Positions 1 to 9,358 of a stretch of DNA of 64,000 nt are shown here, one piece after another. Where the stretch lies: positions 4,216-68,215 of the forward strand of contig JBKJPT010000164.1 of assembly GCA_046595075.1 (NCBI GenBank), in the 5' to 3' direction. A program made the translations under genes and the position numbers. The stretch comes from Flavobacteriales bacterium (GTDB lineage Bacteria > Bacteroidota > Bacteroidia > Flavobacteriales_F > PHOS-HE28). Each line of letters starts with the position of its first letter. The first letter of the stretch is position 1. The notes beneath the pieces were generated by a model, which was not told the DNA's origin, did no database searches, and saw only the letters and a list, made by a program, of their open reading frames with translations.

Positions 1-715
1 AATTAGTGACCAAGTAACGCTTCCACAATCTCCTGGGTTCGAGTGACAGACGGTAGAGCCATTCCATTGACAGCCGGCGCATCCATTCAGGTGCCCGGGT
101 ATCGACCCCTGCGTACACTAGAAAGGCTCCGCCAAGGCCAAGCATGATGGCGTTCACCTTGCCCTTCATGAGCCACATCCATTGCTCCTGTTTGGGGCAG
201 CCCAGCGAAACCATGACGATATGCGCCCCGCTGGAATTGATCCGCTGCGCTTCCACATCCATATCGAGGGCGCTCAATGGAGCGAACGGTGGTGCGTGTG
301 TTCCTGCAATGACGAGGTGCGGCAGTTCCACAGCGACGCGATCCACGACCTTCTGAAGTACCTCGTTCGCTCCGCCGTAGAAATAGACCGAAAGGCCTTT
401 CGCCTCGGCCTGCCTCAGCAAAGCAGGCATAATATCGTTTCCAGCAACGCGCTCTTGATCGATCCGATGGAACCTGCGAAGGGCGATCAACACCGGCATA
501 CCATCGGCGGTGGCGAAATCGGCCGAACGAACGACCTGGCCGAACTCCGGATTCCGCGCTTCCACTGTCATGTGGGCGTTCACGCAGCACACATAGGAGG
601 AGCAATGTGCGGCGCCATAGGCCGCGAATGCGTTGATCTGCTGCGTGAATGGCCCGACCGTGATGCTCGTGGTGAGCACATCCAGTTTCGGTAGTACCGG
701 CAGGTGGGCGTTCAT
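1..715 (-). CDS. WecB/TagA/CpsF-family (GT26) glycosyltransferase; the 3' end is truncated by the window edge
   Basis: Own translation of the reverse strand from the ATG at 715..713: MNAHLPVLPKLDVLTTSITVGPFTQQINAFAAYGAAHCSSYVCCVNAHMTVEARNPEFGQVVRSADFATADGMPVLIALRR...GCPKQEQWMWLMKGKVNAIMLGLGGAFLVYAGVDTRAPEWMRRLSMEWLYRLSLEPRRLWKRYLV. The WecB-family motifs GCPKQE...W and G.GGAF are present. The start overlaps the epimerase stop in an ATGA. It is missing from the ORF track because no stop codon lies inside the window. Confidence 0.8.
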   Translation of the reverse strand, partial: MNAHLPVLPKLDVLTTSITVGPFTQQINAFAAYGAAHCSSYVCCVNAHMTVEARNPEFGQVVRSADFATADGMPVLIALRRFHRIDQERVAGNDIMPALLRQAEAKGLSVYFYGGANEVLQKVVDRVAVELPHLVIAGTHAPPFAPLSALDMDVEAQRINSSGAHIVMVSLGCPKQEQWMWLMKGKVNAIMLGLGGAFLVYAGVDTRAPEWMRRLSMEWLYRLSLEPRRLWKRYLVTN

Positions 716-1746
716 GCGTTCGCCGGAATGGGTTCTCGAACATCCTTCCGTAGTCCGGCCTTGAACCGGTCGCTGCCCGCATCGTACCAACGCACGGTCT
801 CACGAATGCCTTCCTCCATGCTGAAGGGTGCCTCGCCAAAAGCCTCGATTGTGCGATCCATAGGAGTGATGTAGTCGGAAGTCATGCTGCGGAAACGACC
901 ACTCGTGATCGGGAACGGAAGGCGGACCCACTTCAACACGTCGCCACAGACCGCAAGTGCACGCACGAGCCAAGTGGGGATGTAGCGCACGTGCTTTCCG
1001 GTCAGTTCGCGAGAGACGGCCTCCACCCACATCTTCAGATCAATGGGCCGATCACCTACATAGAACACCCCGCCATCCACCACCGCTCGAGGCGCGCTCA
1101 ACATGCGATCGATCTGCCACACCACGTTGCCGACGTATCCATAGGAGCGCACCACCTTCTTACGGCCGGGATGGAAATACAGTCCCTTGCGCATCACTTT
1201 GAACATGACATCGCGGTACCGTAATGACCATGGACCCCAGATCGTGGTGGGGCGTATCAACGTCCATGAGCATGTGAGCCCCGCTTCGCGTGTAATCTGT
1301 TCAGTCCGACGCTTCGATTCGCCGTACACCGTGAAAGGCTTGTAATCCTGATCGTGTTTCGGCTGATAGCCGGCCTCGCATACGAATTGCGTGCTCGTGA
1401 CGATGATCCGATCGATCGACAGGACCTCCTTCACCACTTCCAACAGGATACGTGTGCCCTCGTGGTTCTGACGATAGGCGTCCACATCAACGGGTTCGTC
1501 GGTATCGGTGCGCGCGGCGAGGTGCACCACGTGGGTGGGAGCGAACTGAACGACCGCCTTCCGCAACAAGGCTTGATCCATGAGATCGACCTGTTGCCAT
1601 TGCGGCATGTGCGCAGGGTCCAGCGGCGAGTTCCAGTCAAGGTTTATAATGGGAACACCTCGTTGCAGAAAGAACTGCACCAAATTGGTCCCGATGAAAC
1701 CGGAACCACCTGTGATCAACAAACGCATGCCCGTGTTCTCCCTCAT
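712..1746 (-). CDS. NAD-dependent epimerase/dehydratase (SDR family, nucleotide-sugar epimerase-like)
   Basis: MRLLITGGSGFIGTNLVQ Rossmann motif near the N-terminus. 344 aa. The true start is probably the internal M of MRLLITGG (about 1728). Confidence 0.8.
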   Translation of the reverse strand: MRENTGMRLLITGGSGFIGTNLVQFFLQRGVPIINLDWNSPLDPAHMPQWQQVDLMDQALLRKAVVQFAPTHVVHLAARTDTDEPVDVDAYRQNHEGTRILLEVVKEVLSIDRIIVTSTQFVCEAGYQPKHDQDYKPFTVYGESKRRTEQITREAGLTCSWTLIRPTTIWGPWSLRYRDVMFKVMRKGLYFHPGRKKVVRSYGYVGNVVWQIDRMLSAPRAVVDGGVFYVGDRPIDLKMWVEAVSRELTGKHVRYIPTWLVRALAVCGDVLKWVRLPFPITSGRFRSMTSDYITPMDRTIEAFGEAPFSMEEGIRETVRWYDAGSDRFKAGLRKDVREPIPANA

Positions 1747-2861
1747 GCCAGCTTCGCCAATTCGTCCTCCATGGAGCGGTGAAAGGCCTCCAACGTGAAT
1801 TGACGCTCAAAGATGCGTCGGCCCTCGGTGCCCATACGCTGGCGCAATGCGGGATCAAGCGCGAGCTGCTCCAGCCGTAGGGCCACAGCCCCGGCATCCT
1901 GCACCGGAACCAAGAAGCCGTTCACTTCGTCCAGTACCACGGATGGGATGCCCCGCCACTTGGTACTGATGACCGGTTTGGCGAACTGCATCGCTTCCAC
2001 TAGCACGAGACCGAAACTCTCCGCCTCGAAAAAGGTAGGGAAACAGAACACATCGCACGCGGCAAAGCGTTCGAACTTTTCCTTATCGCGGAGTACACCG
2101 ATGAAGCTGACCTTCTCCTCCAGATCGTTCGCCTGGAGGAAGTCCCCACACCATTGGCGCAATGAATTGTCGTTCCACTTGCCCATCAAGTCCAACCGAG
2201 CATCGACCCCCCGATGGATCAACATCTCAAACGCTTCGAGCAGCACACGAATGCCTTTGCTTTCGACCAACACACCTGCAAAGAGTATGGTGATCGGATC
2301 GCCCGGGCCCGCACTGCGTTCGGCAACAGTGCCCCGTTCATCGCGGATCCCGTTGGGCACTACAACACAACGTGTTGCGCCGAGGACCGAACCGTCCTCC
2401 GGGTTCTGAGGAGCTGTACGAATGGCAAGAGCTGGTTTGTTATAAGCCCAACGGAAGAAGGGCCTTACCATCCACGGTAGCTGCGCTTCAAAGCCCGACA
2501 CACCACCCGCGTGGAAATGGAACACCACCTTGCTGAACATCCATCGCGTGGCGCAGAGCAGGATGATATCTCGGAAAACCGGCACCTTGTTGGGGCCGCT
2601 GGGTGGGTAATACATCACCGGAGTAGCGTAACGAAGGCGCGCGCACCAAACGGCGAGGATCGTGGCAAAGAGCTTCCAAACCTTACCTAAGGCGAACTTA
2701 CCAACGCTCTCCATATCTGCCGAGAAGGCCATGCGCACATGGAAGAGCTGGATCCGCTGATATTGGCCGGCCAACAGGTTGGCTATCATTACCGACTGGC
2801 CGCCGAAGGGCGGTGGCGTCTGGCCCACCACTAGGATACGCAGGGGTCTAGGATCGTGCAC
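1743..2861 (-). CDS. glycosyltransferase family 4 (GT4, group 1)
   Basis: 372 aa. N-terminal LRILVVGQTPPPFGGQ and a C-terminal GT4-like region (FCFPTFFEAESFGLVLVEAMQFAKPVIST). 4-nt overlap with the downstream epimerase. Confidence 0.75.
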   Translation of the reverse strand: MHDPRPLRILVVGQTPPPFGGQSVMIANLLAGQYQRIQLFHVRMAFSADMESVGKFALGKVWKLFATILAVWCARLRYATPVMYYPPSGPNKVPVFRDIILLCATRWMFSKVVFHFHAGGVSGFEAQLPWMVRPFFRWAYNKPALAIRTAPQNPEDGSVLGATRCVVVPNGIRDERGTVAERSAGPGDPITILFAGVLVESKGIRVLLEAFEMLIHRGVDARLDLMGKWNDNSLRQWCGDFLQANDLEEKVSFIGVLRDKEKFERFAACDVFCFPTFFEAESFGLVLVEAMQFAKPVISTKWRGIPSVVLDEVNGFLVPVQDAGAVALRLEQLALDPALRQRMGTEGRRIFERQFTLEAFHRSMEDELAKLA

Positions 2862-3014
2862 CAGCCAAAAGTATCCCCACCCCCCACGCTCATTCGGTTC
2901 TCGTCAGCAAGCCTTCAACAGTGCGGGGTGGATGTTCCGTCGAACCCATCCACGGTCCGTCGATCACAAGTCTGCATCTGCCGAGAAAAGTGAACTGCGA
3001 ACGACCGGGGCAGG

Positions 3015-5777
3015 TTGAAGGGGCCAAGACATTCTCCGATGAACACCAACTGCCACCGCTACGGATCGCTCCTTGCCCTGCTCCTCACCTCCACCCTCAC
3101 GTGGTGCGCTACCTACTATGTGAGTCCCGCAGGGAGCGACAGCAACAACGGCACCAGCCAGGCCACTGCTTGGCAGTCCATCTCTCGAGTGAACCAGATC
3201 TCGTCCTCGTTGCAACCCGGCGATCGCATCCTGTTCCAGAAGGGCGGCACTTATCGCGGAAAGCTCACGATCTCTTCCAACGGTTCGGCGGCGGCGTACA
3301 TCGAGATCGGCGCCTATGGCAGTGGTGCTAAGCCGGTGATCAGCGGCAGCGTGGCCGTAACTGGTTGGATCAACCACAGCGGCAACATCTGGCGCGCGCC
3401 GATCGGTCAGCGCCCAAAACACATTTACGCCGACGGTGCGCTGCAATCGATCGCCCGTTTCCCCAATACCGGCTGGTTGCGCGTAGACGCTGGAAGCAGC
3501 ACCAGCCTCACGGACAGTGAACTGAACCAAGCAAGTGGATACTGGACCGGTGCCACCGCGGTGATCCGCACCACCAATTGGAGCTACGACACAGCCTACG
3601 TTTCAGGCTTCAGCAACAGCGTTCTCGCTCACAGCAGCACCGGCAACGGTTTGAGCAACTACGCTTGGGGCTATTTCCTGCGGAACAAGCTGGCGCTGTT
3701 GGATGCACCGGGCGAATGGTACTACGACGCGGCTGCTGGCCAACTCTATTTCTGGTGCGCGAGCAATGCGAACCCGAACAACGTACTGGTGGAAGCCGCA
3801 GTGCTGGACAATGCCATCTACATCAGTTACCAACGCCACCACATCAAGGTGGACGGCGTGGCCATGCAGCACAACACCGATGCTTCGCTGCGCCTTGCAG
3901 GCAGCACCGATCTGGAGGCCATGAACTGCACCATGGCCGACACTTGGCAGGCCATCCGAAGCACGGGCTCGCAACAGAGCTTCCACGATCTCGACATCGC
4001 GCGCACCTATGGAACGGCGGTGCACCTGATGGACGACAACAGTACTTTCAGCAGCAACAGCGTGCACGATGTGTGCCTGCACGCCGGTCTCGGCGAGAAC
4101 AACTGGGGCTACTTCGGCTTCCGTGCCACGGGCAACAACATGGTGATCTCCGACAACACATTCGACAACATCGGCTACATCGGGATCGTTGCCGAACGCA
4201 ACGCCGTGATCGAACGCAACGTTGTGCACGCAGCCCTAACACTGCTCAACGATGGAGGTGGCATAGCGTTGGACAACGCCGATGGCATGATGGTGCGCAA
4301 CAACATCGTGAGCGACCTCATCGGCAACATCGAGAGCAGTGCGACCAACTACTACAACGCGCACCCGATGTGCCATGGGATCTACTTCGGCAACATCAGC
4401 ATCAAGAACACCACGGTGAAGCGCAATACGGTGGCCAACTGCTCGGGCAGCGGGCTCCACGTTGACCACACCATGGTGAGCAGTGGCAACCGCATCGAAG
4501 AGAACGTGCTCTTCAACAACACGGTCCAATTGAGCATTTCGGACTACAGCAACTACAACGGCCCCGGCGCTACGGCACCGTACCATGTGGCAGCCTACGA
4601 CGACCAGTACATTGGTAATATCATGTACTGCCTCACCAAGGACCAGTTGTGCATGCGCCAATACCACGTGTACGCCAATAGCTGGGTCGACTATGGCACA
4701 TTCACCAACAACCGCTACTTCAACCCCTACAACGACCGCAGCATACTCCTTCACAACACCTTCACCGGCGAGCAGCCCTACTTCACGTTGGAGCGCTGGC
4801 AGACCGAACGCAACGAGGACGCTGGTAGTACTCGGAGTGCATTGTACTTGGAGGACATGGAAGTGACAGATGCGCCGGGTAGCAACCCTGTGCCGAACAA
4901 TTCCTTCAACAGCAGCGTTAGCGGCTGGAGCGGTTGGCCCACACAGGGACAGATCACCCACAACACCACCCAATTGGATGGCGGAGCACTGAAGGTGAAC
5001 TTCACCAACAACGCCAGCTACAACACGTTCGGGTTGAAGCACGACACCAACGTGCCTGTTCAGAGCGGCCAATGGTACCGCATGCGCTTCAGCATTGTGA
5101 GCAGTATGATGGGCGAAGTGCTCGTAGGCTTCAAGGGCCAAACCCAATTGAGCGGCCCCGAGATGGAAGGCGATCGCTACATCCCCTTCGATGCCAACCG
5201 CCGCGATGTGACGCTCTTCTTCCAAAGCACCATCACTGACCAGGGCTTCTGTTCATTCACAAACAGCTACACCGAGGGCGTGTACTACCTGGACAACGTT
5301 GAGCTCCAACAAGTGAACGTCCTCCCGCTGGATCCGCATGACAAGCAACAGTTGCTGGTGAACGATCAGGCTACAACGCAGGCCTTTGACCTCGTGGGAT
5401 GCTGGAGCGACGTGAACGGCACGATCATCTCCGGCAGCATCGACATACCCGCATACAGCTCCGTAGTACTGGTGAAGGAGGACGACAACACATGCATCTC
5501 CACTGGTAATGAAGAGGACCCGGAACCCACAGCGATCTCCGGTGCGACCATCTTCCCAAATCCCGTTGGGGGCACTAGCACGATCGCCGTGCGCGGCAGT
5601 TCCATCACCTCGGGCATGATCGAGATCATAGACATGCAGGGAAAGTTGGTGTGGACCTCGCGCTTCAACGGCAATGGCTCTTCCATCGAACTGCCTTCCG
5701 CACTGGGAAACGGCGCCTATCATGTTCGCATCGTGGACGGCTCCACGGTTGAGCAACAGCGGTTGGTGGTGCTTTGA
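3015..5777 (+). CDS. secreted right-handed parallel beta-helix repeat protein (pectate-lyase-like fold) with a T9SS C-terminal sorting domain
   Basis: 920 aa. Signal-peptide-like N-terminus (LLALLLTSTLTWCA). Many beta-helix-type repeats (NN.V.DN.F.NIGYIGI, NNIVSDLIGN, etc.). C-terminus ...FPNPVGGTSTIAVRG...GAYHVRIVDGSTVEQQRLVVL is typical of a T9SS CTD. The start could be the internal M at 3039. Confidence 0.75.
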   Translation: MKGPRHSPMNTNCHRYGSLLALLLTSTLTWCATYYVSPAGSDSNNGTSQATAWQSISRVNQISSSLQPGDRILFQKGGTYRGKLTISSNGSAAAYIEIGAYGSGAKPVISGSVAVTGWINHSGNIWRAPIGQRPKHIYADGALQSIARFPNTGWLRVDAGSSTSLTDSELNQASGYWTGATAVIRTTNWSYDTAYVSGFSNSVLAHSSTGNGLSNYAWGYFLRNKLALLDAPGEWYYDAAAGQLYFWCASNANPNNVLVEAAVLDNAIYISYQRHHIKVDGVAMQHNTDASLRLAGSTDLEAMNCTMADTWQAIRSTGSQQSFHDLDIARTYGTAVHLMDDNSTFSSNSVHDVCLHAGLGENNWGYFGFRATGNNMVISDNTFDNIGYIGIVAERNAVIERNVVHAALTLLNDGGGIALDNADGMMVRNNIVSDLIGNIESSATNYYNAHPMCHGIYFGNISIKNTTVKRNTVANCSGSGLHVDHTMVSSGNRIEENVLFNNTVQLSISDYSNYNGPGATAPYHVAAYDDQYIGNIMYCLTKDQLCMRQYHVYANSWVDYGTFTNNRYFNPYNDRSILLHNTFTGEQPYFTLERWQTERNEDAGSTRSALYLEDMEVTDAPGSNPVPNNSFNSSVSGWSGWPTQGQITHNTTQLDGGALKVNFTNNASYNTFGLKHDTNVPVQSGQWYRMRFSIVSSMMGEVLVGFKGQTQLSGPEMEGDRYIPFDANRRDVTLFFQSTITDQGFCSFTNSYTEGVYYLDNVELQQVNVLPLDPHDKQQLLVNDQATTQAFDLVGCWSDVNGTIISGSIDIPAYSSVVLVKEDDNTCISTGNEEDPEPTAISGATIFPNPVGGTSTIAVRGSSITSGMIEIIDMQGKLVWTSRFNGNGSSIELPSALGNGAYHVRIVDGSTVEQQRLVVL

Positions 5778-5836
5778 TCACCACCTGCCCGGAACGCGAA
5801 CACCCCGGTCAATTGGCCGGGGCGTTCGTGCGTGGA

Positions 5837-7108
5837 TCACGCCGTGTTCGCGGTAAGAGGCGGTTTTAGGCATAGCGGCGCCATCATGGCGAAGAGTATC
5901 GAATGGCCTATGTCCACGCCGTAGCAGAAAATGTCCAATTGCCAGATGAAGAGCAGGTAGGCGAAGCCCGCGAAGAGCGGAGCCTGTGATGTCTGTTCGA
6001 GATAATGCCTCCGGTAAAACTTGAAACCACGCCAGAGGACGAAGTACAATAGCACCACACCTAGGATGCCCTGGCCCACCAGCACTTCGGTGAAGGTGCT
6101 GTGCGAATGCAGGTTGTACGCGTGGGGCTCATTCCAGAGCACGGCCACGAAATCAAGGAGGTGCAATTTGTAGTGCCCCTTGAACCCGTTGCCAAAAAGC
6201 AGGCCCGTTCGATCGTAGATGGCCCAATCACCGATGGCGTTCCAGATGTAGCTACGGCCGTTGAAGGTGGTCACGTCCTCCTTGCTCACCCGCTCCAGTA
6301 TGCTCTCGAAGAAGGGCGTGCTGAGGACACTGTATACGAACAACGAGAAGCTCAACAATAGCGGCATGGTGAAGAGCGATATGGTATAAAGACCGCGGAT
6401 CGCCTTCATGGCCTTGGTGACAAAGAATACCGCGAGCAGGAGAAAGATCATGAACGAAAGGCGACTGTTGATCTTCATCATGAAGACCACGCAGATCAAC
6501 AGGGCAACAAGGAAAAGCACGAACGCCACGGGCCGCTTGCCGAAGTCGCGCAGCTTGAAGAGCAGCATGAGGCAGAACACCGCCAGCACATGCGCGCCGG
6601 TGTAGATACCCCGGATGTAGGGGAAATTCGCACGACCCTCGAAGCTGTGCCCCGCGCTCTGGACTCCGGCCAAAAAGCCCAACATGTTGATCGCCAGCAA
6701 TGCGCCCAGCCCGATGAAGAGCATGCGCGAGAAGTTGAAGTCCGGATCGTCGCGGTTGTAGAAGTTGACGACCACCGCTGCCGCGAACGGCGCGAAAAAG
6801 ATGAGGCAGGAGAGAAGCATGTTGCCGGTCTGGACCCCGGGGATCCCGCCCTCGAGCGCTACGAACATGCTGAACACCAACGTGCCGATGTACGCCATGC
6901 ACAACCACCACGTACCGGTGAGCAGGTTGCCCAAGCGCTTGCGGTAGAGCGCATCCAAGAGATAGAAGATGACGATGAGCGCAAAGGGCGCCGCGGAGAT
7001 CATCATCCCCTTGGAAATACCGTTCTTCAGGCCATAATAACTACCATAGCCGAACACCGGGAAGCCCACGAGGAAGAGGGCGTTCACGAGTTGGGTCTTG
7101 CGGATCAC
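5837..7108 (-). CDS. O-antigen ligase / Wzy-like polysaccharide polymerase (multi-pass membrane protein)
   Basis: 423 aa and highly hydrophobic, with about 10 or more predicted TM segments. Sits in a polysaccharide locus next to wzx, wzc and wza. Confidence 0.55.
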   Translation of the reverse strand: MIRKTQLVNALFLVGFPVFGYGSYYGLKNGISKGMMISAAPFALIVIFYLLDALYRKRLGNLLTGTWWLCMAYIGTLVFSMFVALEGGIPGVQTGNMLLSCLIFFAPFAAAVVVNFYNRDDPDFNFSRMLFIGLGALLAINMLGFLAGVQSAGHSFEGRANFPYIRGIYTGAHVLAVFCLMLLFKLRDFGKRPVAFVLFLVALLICVVFMMKINSRLSFMIFLLLAVFFVTKAMKAIRGLYTISLFTMPLLLSFSLFVYSVLSTPFFESILERVSKEDVTTFNGRSYIWNAIGDWAIYDRTGLLFGNGFKGHYKLHLLDFVAVLWNEPHAYNLHSHSTFTEVLVGQGILGVVLLYFVLWRGFKFYRRHYLEQTSQAPLFAGFAYLLFIWQLDIFCYGVDIGHSILFAMMAPLCLKPPLTANTA

Positions 7109-7112
7109 GGGA

Positions 7113-8111
7113 TCAGGGCTTGAGGGTACGCTTCATTACCACCAATGCACTACTGATCGCTCCATTCTCGCCACCGGGCAACATGCGCTTGATGGCGTAC
7201 TTGATCCGGGACATGGCCGTGCTTCCGATGAATCGTTTGAAGTACTCCGCGTCACGTCGCACATCGGGCATGATGAAGCGCGGGTGCCGCAGTGGAAAGG
7301 CGATCGTAAGCGCCGTGCGTTTGTTGCGCGGATCGGCGAGGCTGGTGGTGTGCGTACCATCATCACCAAAGCCGATGTTGTCCACCAAATTGGTGTTAGG
7401 GATGATGTTGAGGCCGTGGTTGGCGATACGCGTGATGTCCAGCTGATAGGACCACGAATTCATGCGCCCATCGTGCACGCGATCGAACATTTCGTGCACA
7501 TCGCGTTCCTCATCGGCATTGAGGAAGAAATCCTTGAGCGTGGAACTCGCCTTCAGCGCAGGCCATTGACCCATGCTCACATCGTAGTGCTGCCACACAC
7601 GACGCCAGCTGGCCCAACCCCACGGCGCACCGTAGCCATGCGCACTGAAGTAGTAATCGCCTTCTGTAGGCGTGGGCCATTCGTCCATGAGGTTGTTGGC
7701 GAGCACCACCCAGATCCGCTCGTCGTTGCGGTAACGCTCCAGCATTTCTTGGCAGAAACGGAAGAAGGACGGAACCGGGAGCGTGTCATCCTCCAGCACG
7801 ATCCCTTCGGCTTCGTTCTCGAAGAACCAGGCGATCGCCGAGCTCACACCCTTGCGCAGACCGAGGTTCACTTCATTGAAGCGGGTGAAGACCTCGCATG
7901 GCCAGTCCACCTCCTTGGCCATGGCGCGCACCTCCTCGCACCGCGCGCGTTCTTCCTCGTTGCGCGGTCCGTCGCCGGCAAAGTAGAGGCGCGGTGGGCG
8001 GGCTGCGCGCACCGCCTCGAACACTTGGCGCAACGGGCCCACACGGTTGAAACCGATGAGCAGCACCGGTGTGGTGAGCGTGAATTGCTTGTCGGTATCT
8101 GCCATGGTCAC
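7113..8111 (-). CDS. putative nucleotide-diphospho-sugar transferase-like protein (unknown glycosyltransferase-like)
   Basis: 332 aa soluble protein in the middle of the polysaccharide operon (VLLIGFNRVGPLRQVFEAVR...). Family not confidently recognised. 4-nt overlap with the upstream gene. Confidence 0.35.
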   Translation of the reverse strand: MTMADTDKQFTLTTPVLLIGFNRVGPLRQVFEAVRAARPPRLYFAGDGPRNEEERARCEEVRAMAKEVDWPCEVFTRFNEVNLGLRKGVSSAIAWFFENEAEGIVLEDDTLPVPSFFRFCQEMLERYRNDERIWVVLANNLMDEWPTPTEGDYYFSAHGYGAPWGWASWRRVWQHYDVSMGQWPALKASSTLKDFFLNADEERDVHEMFDRVHDGRMNSWSYQLDITRIANHGLNIIPNTNLVDNIGFGDDGTHTTSLADPRNKRTALTIAFPLRHPRFIMPDVRRDAEYFKRFIGSTAMSRIKYAIKRMLPGGENGAISSALVVMKRTLKP

Positions 8112-9355
8112 GGTACGTTGATGCGGTTGTTGCGGTGGAAGACCGTGAAGTCCGAGAACATCGATACGGCGTGGCGGGCCACTTCACGTGCCGAGGCGAA
8201 CTCGTCAACGAAACGATAAAGGAAGAGCTGCATCACATCGTTGCAGCGCACTGCCACGTCCTGCACGATGTTGCCATAGCGATCGTGCGGCAATACTTCG
8301 ATGCAACCACCGGCGAAGGCAGTGGGCAACAACATGTTGGAGCCGTGCACGCCCACCACGATCTGGCTTTTTGCATATACCCGGCACCACTCGAGTTCGG
8401 TCTCCACGTTCATCGCACGTGTGCGCAAGTCTGTTACTCCCGCTGGAACGGATCGCTTCGCACCCAGGCCCACGATCGTCGCTTGCACATCCGGGTAACG
8501 CGCTTGGATCCGTCGCAATGAACCCATCGCCAAGCGTTGCTGATCGGTGAGGAAGTACCACCGTGCAATGCCCTTCAGTCCCACCTTCATCAACGCACGG
8601 TACTTGAACTTGTGCAGAGCCGTGCGGAACCAGAGCCGGTCCTCGCGCAGTACGAAGGTGATATGCTTGGGCGCGGAACTGAACTTGTCTAGATGGAACG
8701 CAGGCACACCTGTGAAGCGCTCAATGTCCACCTTGGACTTGTCCGGGTGTGCGTAGCCCTTGCCGAGGAAAACCTCATCGAACTCCAGTAGTAAGGCGTT
8801 CACCTGCCGGTCAATGGAACGGTACCAGCCGTGTGCCTTACCGAGCTTCTGATCCACGAGCCACACTTCGGCCGTTCCCTTCGGTACCAGCCATTCGAAG
8901 GTACGCGGCATGATCAGCACAAGTCCAAGATCGGGATGTGCATCCAGATAGTATTGCGCATTCCACAATTTCAGCACCACATGACCGTAGAGGAAGTCGA
9001 GCGTGTTCAACACCACCACGCGCTTGCTCGGTTTCAACACCTTGCGCTCGATCCGTACCTCTTCATCGCTCGGCGATCCGAACGCTTTCATCAGCGGAGT
9101 GGTCACCCAAGGTTCCGCTCCTTGCGCATCGTACATGGCACCATTTTCCTTGCCGATGGCGATGCCATGATCCACCGCGAAACCAACGGGTAGGTCGGCG
9201 ATGAACGTAAAGCTGCACTGTGTGCACGCATATTCTCCCAGCACGTGCACACCGGGGAAGAGCACGCCCTTCGCCGCAGGCGAAGCAGCGCCGCATTTGG
9301 GGCACACCAGCTCGTTCCAGAGCTGCGGCTTCACGGGGACAAGGTGCTTGCTCAT
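8108..9355 (-). CDS. hypothetical protein with an N-terminal Cys4 zinc ribbon; C-terminal region resembles GT61/DUF563-type glycosyltransferases
   Basis: 415 aa. N-terminal CPKCG...18 aa...CTQC. C-terminal VGVHGSNMLLPTAFAGGCIEVLP resembles the GT61/DUF563 motif. Lies in the polysaccharide operon. Confidence 0.35.
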   Translation of the reverse strand: MSKHLVPVKPQLWNELVCPKCGAASPAAKGVLFPGVHVLGEYACTQCSFTFIADLPVGFAVDHGIAIGKENGAMYDAQGAEPWVTTPLMKAFGSPSDEEVRIERKVLKPSKRVVVLNTLDFLYGHVVLKLWNAQYYLDAHPDLGLVLIMPRTFEWLVPKGTAEVWLVDQKLGKAHGWYRSIDRQVNALLLEFDEVFLGKGYAHPDKSKVDIERFTGVPAFHLDKFSSAPKHITFVLREDRLWFRTALHKFKYRALMKVGLKGIARWYFLTDQQRLAMGSLRRIQARYPDVQATIVGLGAKRSVPAGVTDLRTRAMNVETELEWCRVYAKSQIVVGVHGSNMLLPTAFAGGCIEVLPHDRYGNIVQDVAVRCNDVMQLFLYRFVDEFASAREVARHAVSMFSDFTVFHRNNRINVP

Positions 9356-9358
9356 GCG

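Noticed and set aside
87-839. 250-aa minus-strand ORF and the 170-aa plus-strand ORF at 182..694 from the track
   Set aside because: Both translations are Arg/His/Gly-rich with no protein-like features. The interval is occupied by a convincing WecB-family gene in another minus-strand frame.
4236-5225. 329-aa antisense ORF (with 3578..4465, 3603..4229 and others) overlapping the beta-helix gene
   Set aside because: Long open antisense frames are typical in high-GC DNA. The translations are low-complexity (Ala/Val/His/Arg-rich) and fully overlap a well-supported CDS.
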